Shown here piece after piece: positions 27,829 to 32,000 of a DNA stretch of 32,000 nt. This DNA is from Geotalea uraniireducens Rf4 (GTDB lineage: Bacteria; Desulfobacterota; Desulfuromonadia; Geobacterales; Geobacteraceae). The notes below the pieces were generated by a model. It was given only the letters and a program-made list of their open reading frames with translations. It searched no databases and had not been told where the DNA came from. Every line of letters begins with the position of its first letter. The stretch's first letter is position 1. The position numbers and the translations under genes are program-made. The stretch spans positions 1,980,001 through 2,012,000 of the forward strand of contig NC_009483.1 in assembly GCF_000016745.1 (NCBI RefSeq). Reading direction: 5' to 3'.

Positions 27829-30723
27829 GTGAAAATCCGTATCCGTCTCAAAACCGCACTCATTGTCAATTATATTCTTGTCGCCGTAATCCCTCTGCTG
27901 ATTATCGGCCTGATTTCCCTTCATTTCGAACGGCGGGACCTGCTGCGTGTTATTTCCGGCAAGAATATGCTGCTTGCCGAAACAGTGGCGGAGGAGGTCG
28001 ATACATTTCTCCAGGAGCCGTTGAACATGCTTCGCCAGGTGGGAGAGGTGACACATCGTGAGCGGTACTTGAAGGGGGCAGACTTCAACGTATTTATTGA
28101 TTCGATCGTAGCAACATACAGTTTTTTTGAATCTATCTATATTCTTGATGACAAGGGCCGTGCCGATCATGTCGGCCTGCTGCCCGGGATCAAGGGCCGC
28201 AAGGCGGAATATCTGGGGAAAGATATGGCGGGTGAGGAGTTTTACAAGACCGCCCGGCAGAAGAAAGGCCACTGGTGGACGAGTACCTCCTTGTCCCGGA
28301 TCAGCGGGGAGCCGTCTCTTACCCTTGCCGTTCCCGTCATTAACGGAATGGTGGTCGGCAACCTGAACCTCCGGGCGCTCGATAAGATTATCGCGCCGAT
28401 AAACAGGAGGAAGGGTATTTATGCATACATCGTCAACAGGGACGGGAGGGTAATCGCCCATCCGGACAGGACAAACGTGCTGCAGCAATTGAACGTTGCC
28501 GATCTGAACATCGTTAAGGCCGGACTTGCCGGCACCAATGGAACATATCGTTATTTTTTCAAGGGGGTGGAACGGCAGGGGAGCGTTGCGGTCGTTCGTG
28601 AAAGCGGCTGGCTGGTGGTTATCGCCCAGAACCTGGATGACACTCTGGCGCCGGTGAGAAGGATGGAGAAAATATTTCTGGCCGGACTCCTCGGATCGCT
28701 TCTCGTGGCATTATTCAACACGATCTGGAGTCTGGAGTTGTTGCTGAAACCGGTTTCGGCCCTGATAAACAGTACCCAGAAGATCGCTGTTGGAAATTAT
28801 GCCATAGATAATGAGCCGATCAATATCAAGGAGGTCGGTGAGCTGGCGGTTCATCTGCAATCCATGGCCGGGGCGGTCATGAGCCGCGAAGAGGCCCTGC
28901 GTGAGCAGAATGAAGAACTCTCCATGACCGAAGAGGAGCTGCGTCAGCAGGTGGATGAATATCTGAAGAGCCAGGATGAACTTCTCGAGACCAATCATGC
29001 TCTGGAGGCGTTATTTAAGGCCGCACCGCTGGCTATCATCGCCTTTGATGCAACCGGTAAGGTGAAAATGTGGAATCCCGCCGCCGAAAGGATCTTTGGT
29101 TGGGGACGAGACGAAGTTGTCGGCAATCTCTATCCGCTCATTCCTGATGGGAAAATGGACGAATTTCAGGCGTATCTCGACAGGGCGCTCGCCGGAGAGA
29201 CCCTTGCGGGCATCGAGCTGCGTCGCCAGAAGAAGAGTGGCTTGCCTATAGATATCTCTCTCGATGCAGCGCCATTGCATAACGCCAAGGGGGAAATTGC
29301 CGGCGTTATAGCGCTTCTGGCCGATATCGGCGAGCGAAAACAGGCAGAGAAGGCTCTTTGGGAAAGCGATAAACGATTTACCCTGTTCATGGACAATCTC
29401 CCAGCAAGGGCATACATGAAGGATGTCAACGGCCATTACATCTATGTTAATGAGACATTACGCCGCTACTTCGCCGAGCGAAAGATCGCCTGGTTTGGCA
29501 GGAGGGACGACGACATCTGGCCGGCCTCCACCGCAGCCCTGTTCAAGGAAAACGACCTTTTCGTGCTTGAGCAGAAGAGGGCTGTCCAGGTGATAGAGCC
29601 GGTTGTCGAGGATGACAGGCTGTCCTACTGGCTTAACAGCAAATTTCCGATTTTCAACGAGAACGGCGATTCCATCATCACCGCCGGTGTTACCGTCGAC
29701 ATAACGGAACGCAAGCAGGCGGAAGATGCGCTACAGGCGGAACGGGCGCGGCTGTTTTCCTTGTTACAGGGGCTCCCCGCCTATGTCTACCTCAAGGCGC
29801 AGGATCATACCGTCCGTTTTGCCAATAGCTATTTCCGCCAGAACTTTGGTGATCCGGAAGGTAAAAAATGCTACGATATCTTCCACGGAAATCACGGCCT
29901 TTGTTGCGAATGCCGGACGTTGCACTCGCTGGAAACGCAGACCACATGTAAATGGGAATGGACCGCCGGCACAGGCAGGACATACGAAGTCTATGATTAT
30001 CCTTTTACCGACAGTGACGGTTCCCCTCTAACGCTGGAGCTGGGGATCGACATCACGGAGCGGATCGCGGCAGAGGAGCAGACAAAGGCGTCTCTCAAGG
30101 AAAAAGAGGTGTTGCTGAAGGAAATCCACCATCGCGTCAAAAATAATCTCCAGGTCATCTCCAGCTTGCTCAATCTTCAATCCCGCCATATCCACGATCA
30201 GCGGGATGTGGATATGTTCATGGACAGTCAGAACCGCGTTAAATCCATGGCCCTTATCCATGAAAACCTCTATCAGACCAAGAACCTGGCGCGCATTGAT
30301 TTTGCAGGATACATCCGCAAACTTTCCGCGAATCTGTTCAGATCCTACGGAATCAACATCAATGCCGTTAATCTTAATCTCAACATAGCCGATGTCTCTC
30401 TTGGCATAGATACGGCTGTTCCATGCGGCCTGATGATCAACGAGCTGGTTTCCAACTCATTGAAACACGGATTCCCACAGGGTAGAAAAGGGTCAATCGA
30501 CATCGAATTGCTGACGGATTACGCCGGCAACCATACCCTGATCGTCAGGGATAATGGTGTCGGATTTCCGGCGGACCTGGATTTTCAATCAACTGAATCA
30601 CTTGGTCTGCAACTGGTAGGAACCTTGACCGAACAGATTGGCGGTAGTATTGTCCTTGACAGGGAAAACGGCACGGAATTCAGGATAAATTTCAAAGAAT
30701 TGAAATACAAGGAGCGGGTATAA
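27829..30723 (+). CDS. Sensor histidine kinase: TM, Cache-type periplasmic domain, TM, HAMP, coiled coil, three PAS domains, HisKA_2, HATPase_c
   Basis: 964 aa with a GTG start. The Cache-like part is YILDDKGR...GIYAYIVNRDGRVIAHPD. The PAS repeats are each followed by DI(T/G)ERKQAE. The H-box is EIHHRVKNNLQVISSLLNLQ (HisKA_2 type). ATPase motifs are NELVSNSLKHGFP and DNGVGFP. Confidence 0.9.
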   Translation: MKIRIRLKTALIVNYILVAVIPLLIIGLISLHFERRDLLRVISGKNMLLAETVAEEVDTFLQEPLNMLRQVGEVTHRERYLKGADFNVFIDSIVATYSFFESIYILDDKGRADHVGLLPGIKGRKAEYLGKDMAGEEFYKTARQKKGHWWTSTSLSRISGEPSLTLAVPVINGMVVGNLNLRALDKIIAPINRRKGIYAYIVNRDGRVIAHPDRTNVLQQLNVADLNIVKAGLAGTNGTYRYFFKGVERQGSVAVVRESGWLVVIAQNLDDTLAPVRRMEKIFLAGLLGSLLVALFNTIWSLELLLKPVSALINSTQKIAVGNYAIDNEPINIKEVGELAVHLQSMAGAVMSREEALREQNEELSMTEEELRQQVDEYLKSQDELLETNHALEALFKAAPLAIIAFDATGKVKMWNPAAERIFGWGRDEVVGNLYPLIPDGKMDEFQAYLDRALAGETLAGIELRRQKKSGLPIDISLDAAPLHNAKGEIAGVIALLADIGERKQAEKALWESDKRFTLFMDNLPARAYMKDVNGHYIYVNETLRRYFAERKIAWFGRRDDDIWPASTAALFKENDLFVLEQKRAVQVIEPVVEDDRLSYWLNSKFPIFNENGDSIITAGVTVDITERKQAEDALQAERARLFSLLQGLPAYVYLKAQDHTVRFANSYFRQNFGDPEGKKCYDIFHGNHGLCCECRTLHSLETQTTCKWEWTAGTGRTYEVYDYPFTDSDGSPLTLELGIDITERIAAEEQTKASLKEKEVLLKEIHHRVKNNLQVISSLLNLQSRHIHDQRDVDMFMDSQNRVKSMALIHENLYQTKNLARIDFAGYIRKLSANLFRSYGININAVNLNLNIADVSLGIDTAVPCGLMINELVSNSLKHGFPQGRKGSIDIELLTDYAGNHTLIVRDNGVGFPADLDFQSTESLGLQLVGTLTEQIGGSIVLDRENGTEFRINFKELKYKERV

Positions 30724-30843
30724 GATTGTGGCCTGTGTTTCCACCTTGGAAACGGCATATTCCCCGGTGATTTATTGTGTTGGAGAATGGCGTGTAAATG
30801 TGATTGGGTGTACATGTGATTGAATCGGTGCAGGGGGAGTTTT

Positions 30844-32000
30844 ATGGAGTCAGCAGTACACGGAGAAGAAGCGTCTTGTATGGACATGACCCTACAGGGC
30901 AAAATGATGGGATGTGAAGCATTTGATGACATGGAAACCTTGATGGACGAATCTTTTCCTACCAGGATACTGGTCGTCGAAGATGAAAGCATCGTAGCCA
31001 AGGATATACAGACTACTTTGCAGTCCCTCGGCTATTCGGTTCCTGCCGTTGTTTCTTCCGGGGAAGCGGCGATAGACAGGGCGGCTGTCTCCGACCTTGA
31101 TCTTGTGCTGATGGATATTGTCCTGAAGGGGGAGATGGATGGGGTAGAAGCTGCTGAACACATCTATGGAAACTTCAATATACCGGTTATCTATCTGACT
31201 GCTTATGCCGATGACCATACTTTGCGGCGTGCAAAAACGACTACCCCTTTCGGATACATACTTAAGCCGTTTGAAGAAAGAGAGCTGCAGACCGCCATCG
31301 AGATAGCACTATACCGGCACAAGATGGAGAATAAGCTAAAAAGGTCCGAGGCGGAATTACGCCATCAATTGGCAATAGAAAACATAATTGCCAATATCTC
31401 TGCAAAATTCATCAATCTGGGGACGGACGAAATCGAGGCCGGCATTAACCATGCCCTCCAGGCTGTCGGAGAATTTGCCGAAGTGGATCGTAGTTATGTT
31501 TTTACGATTTCAGACGATGGTACGATAATGAACAATTCCCACGAATGGTGTGCAGCAGGCATTGAGCCGCAAATGGATAACCTTCAAGGGATGTTGTTGG
31601 ACGAATTTACCTGCCTGGCAAGGAAACTGAAAAACTACGAGATAATTCACTTCCCGTCCATAGCCGCGTTTACCCCTGAAAACCATGCCGAATTCGAGTG
31701 TCTCCAAAAACAGGGGATCCAGTCGCTTATCATCGTCCCCATGGTCTGTCGTGGTGCTCTCTTCGGTTTTGTCGGTTTCGATTCGGTCCGCCGGGAAAAG
31801 ATGTGGCAGGAAAACGACATCACCCTGTTGAAGATGCTGGCGGAGATTTTTGCAAATACCCTCGACCGCAAGCGCGTGGAGGACGAGGTCGGTTGTCTGA
31901 ATGCGGAACTTGAGCAGAGGGTTGCAGAGCGGACGATGCAACTGGAAACTGCCAACAGGGAGCTTGAATCTTTCAGTTATTCCGTTTCCCACGATTTGCG
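30844..32000 (+). CDS. Hybrid response regulator/histidine kinase: REC, GAF, HisKA... (3' end outside the window)
   Basis: This gene is absent from the ORF track because it has no stop in the window. My translation from the ATG at 30844 (after GGGGGAG) reads MESAVHGEE...[15 protein letters not shown]...[14 protein letters not shown]...ILKPF (REC). It continues EVDRSYVF...[11 protein letters not shown] (GAF) and ends [13 protein letters not shown] (H-box). Later in-frame ATGs, for example 30943, are possible starts. Confidence 0.8.
   Translation, partial: MESAVHGEEASCMDMTLQGKMMGCEAFDDMETLMDESFPTRILVVEDESIVAKDIQTTLQSLGYSVPAVVSSGEAAIDRAAVSDLDLVLMDIVLKGEMDGVEAAEHIYGNFNIPVIYLTAYADDHTLRRAKTTTPFGYILKPFEERELQTAIEIALYRHKMENKLKRSEAELRHQLAIENIIANISAKFINLGTDEIEAGINHALQAVGEFAEVDRSYVFTISDDGTIMNNSHEWCAAGIEPQMDNLQGMLLDEFTCLARKLKNYEIIHFPSIAAFTPENHAEFECLQKQGIQSLIIVPMVCRGALFGFVGFDSVRREKMWQENDITLLKMLAEIFANTLDRKRVEDEVGCLNAELEQRVAERTMQLETANRELESFSYSVSHDL

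Noticed and set aside
26442-28488. ORFs 26442..27077 (+), 27420..27629 (-) and 27640..28488 (-)
   Set aside because: The first and third are antisense to htpG and the sensor kinase. The 69-aa ORF lies in the AT-rich promoter region, with no RBS and no recognisable sequence.

Overview
The window looks like a chromosomal segment from a Geobacter-like (Desulfuromonadota) bacterium; that assignment is inferred from gene content only. Most of it is conserved housekeeping. On the + strand: nadK (partial), recN, a GNAT acetyltransferase and pmbA. On the - strand: arsR, two Opp/Dpp-type ABC ATPases with no permease nearby, and a HAMP-GAF-HD-GYP protein. Then on the + strand: a spoIID-like gene, queA, tgt, yajC, secD, secF, a TPR protein, recJ and a CDF transporter. 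Between the CDF terminator (~18.9 kb) and htpG (25.4 kb) lies a ~6.3 kb accessory block. It holds a 1299-aa single-chain type IIG (Eco57I/MmeI-like) restriction-modification enzyme with two in-frame palindromic repeat insertions, a decayed DUF1016/YhcG nuclease remnant, an overlapping MNT/HEPN pair, and an uncharacterised two-TM protein. The strongest find is not in the ORF track. On the minus strand upstream of the two-TM gene there is a promoter-like site, a GEMM-I (cyclic-dinucleotide) riboswitch-like aptamer and an intrinsic terminator that shares sequence with the aptamer. The aptamer has A at the specificity position, as in 3',3'-cGAMP-type GEMM-Ib variants. Other notable items: an inverted array of GTTCTAC heptamers that fills the nadK-recN spacer, a CXXCH haem motif in the periplasmic sensor of the low-GC HD-GYP gene, and 15-nt direct repeats bracketing the accessory block. 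The 3' end carries htpG, a Cache-HAMP-PAS3-HisKA_2 kinase and a REC-GAF-HisKA hybrid that runs off the window. I saw no rRNA, tRNA, CRISPR array, transposase or integrase.
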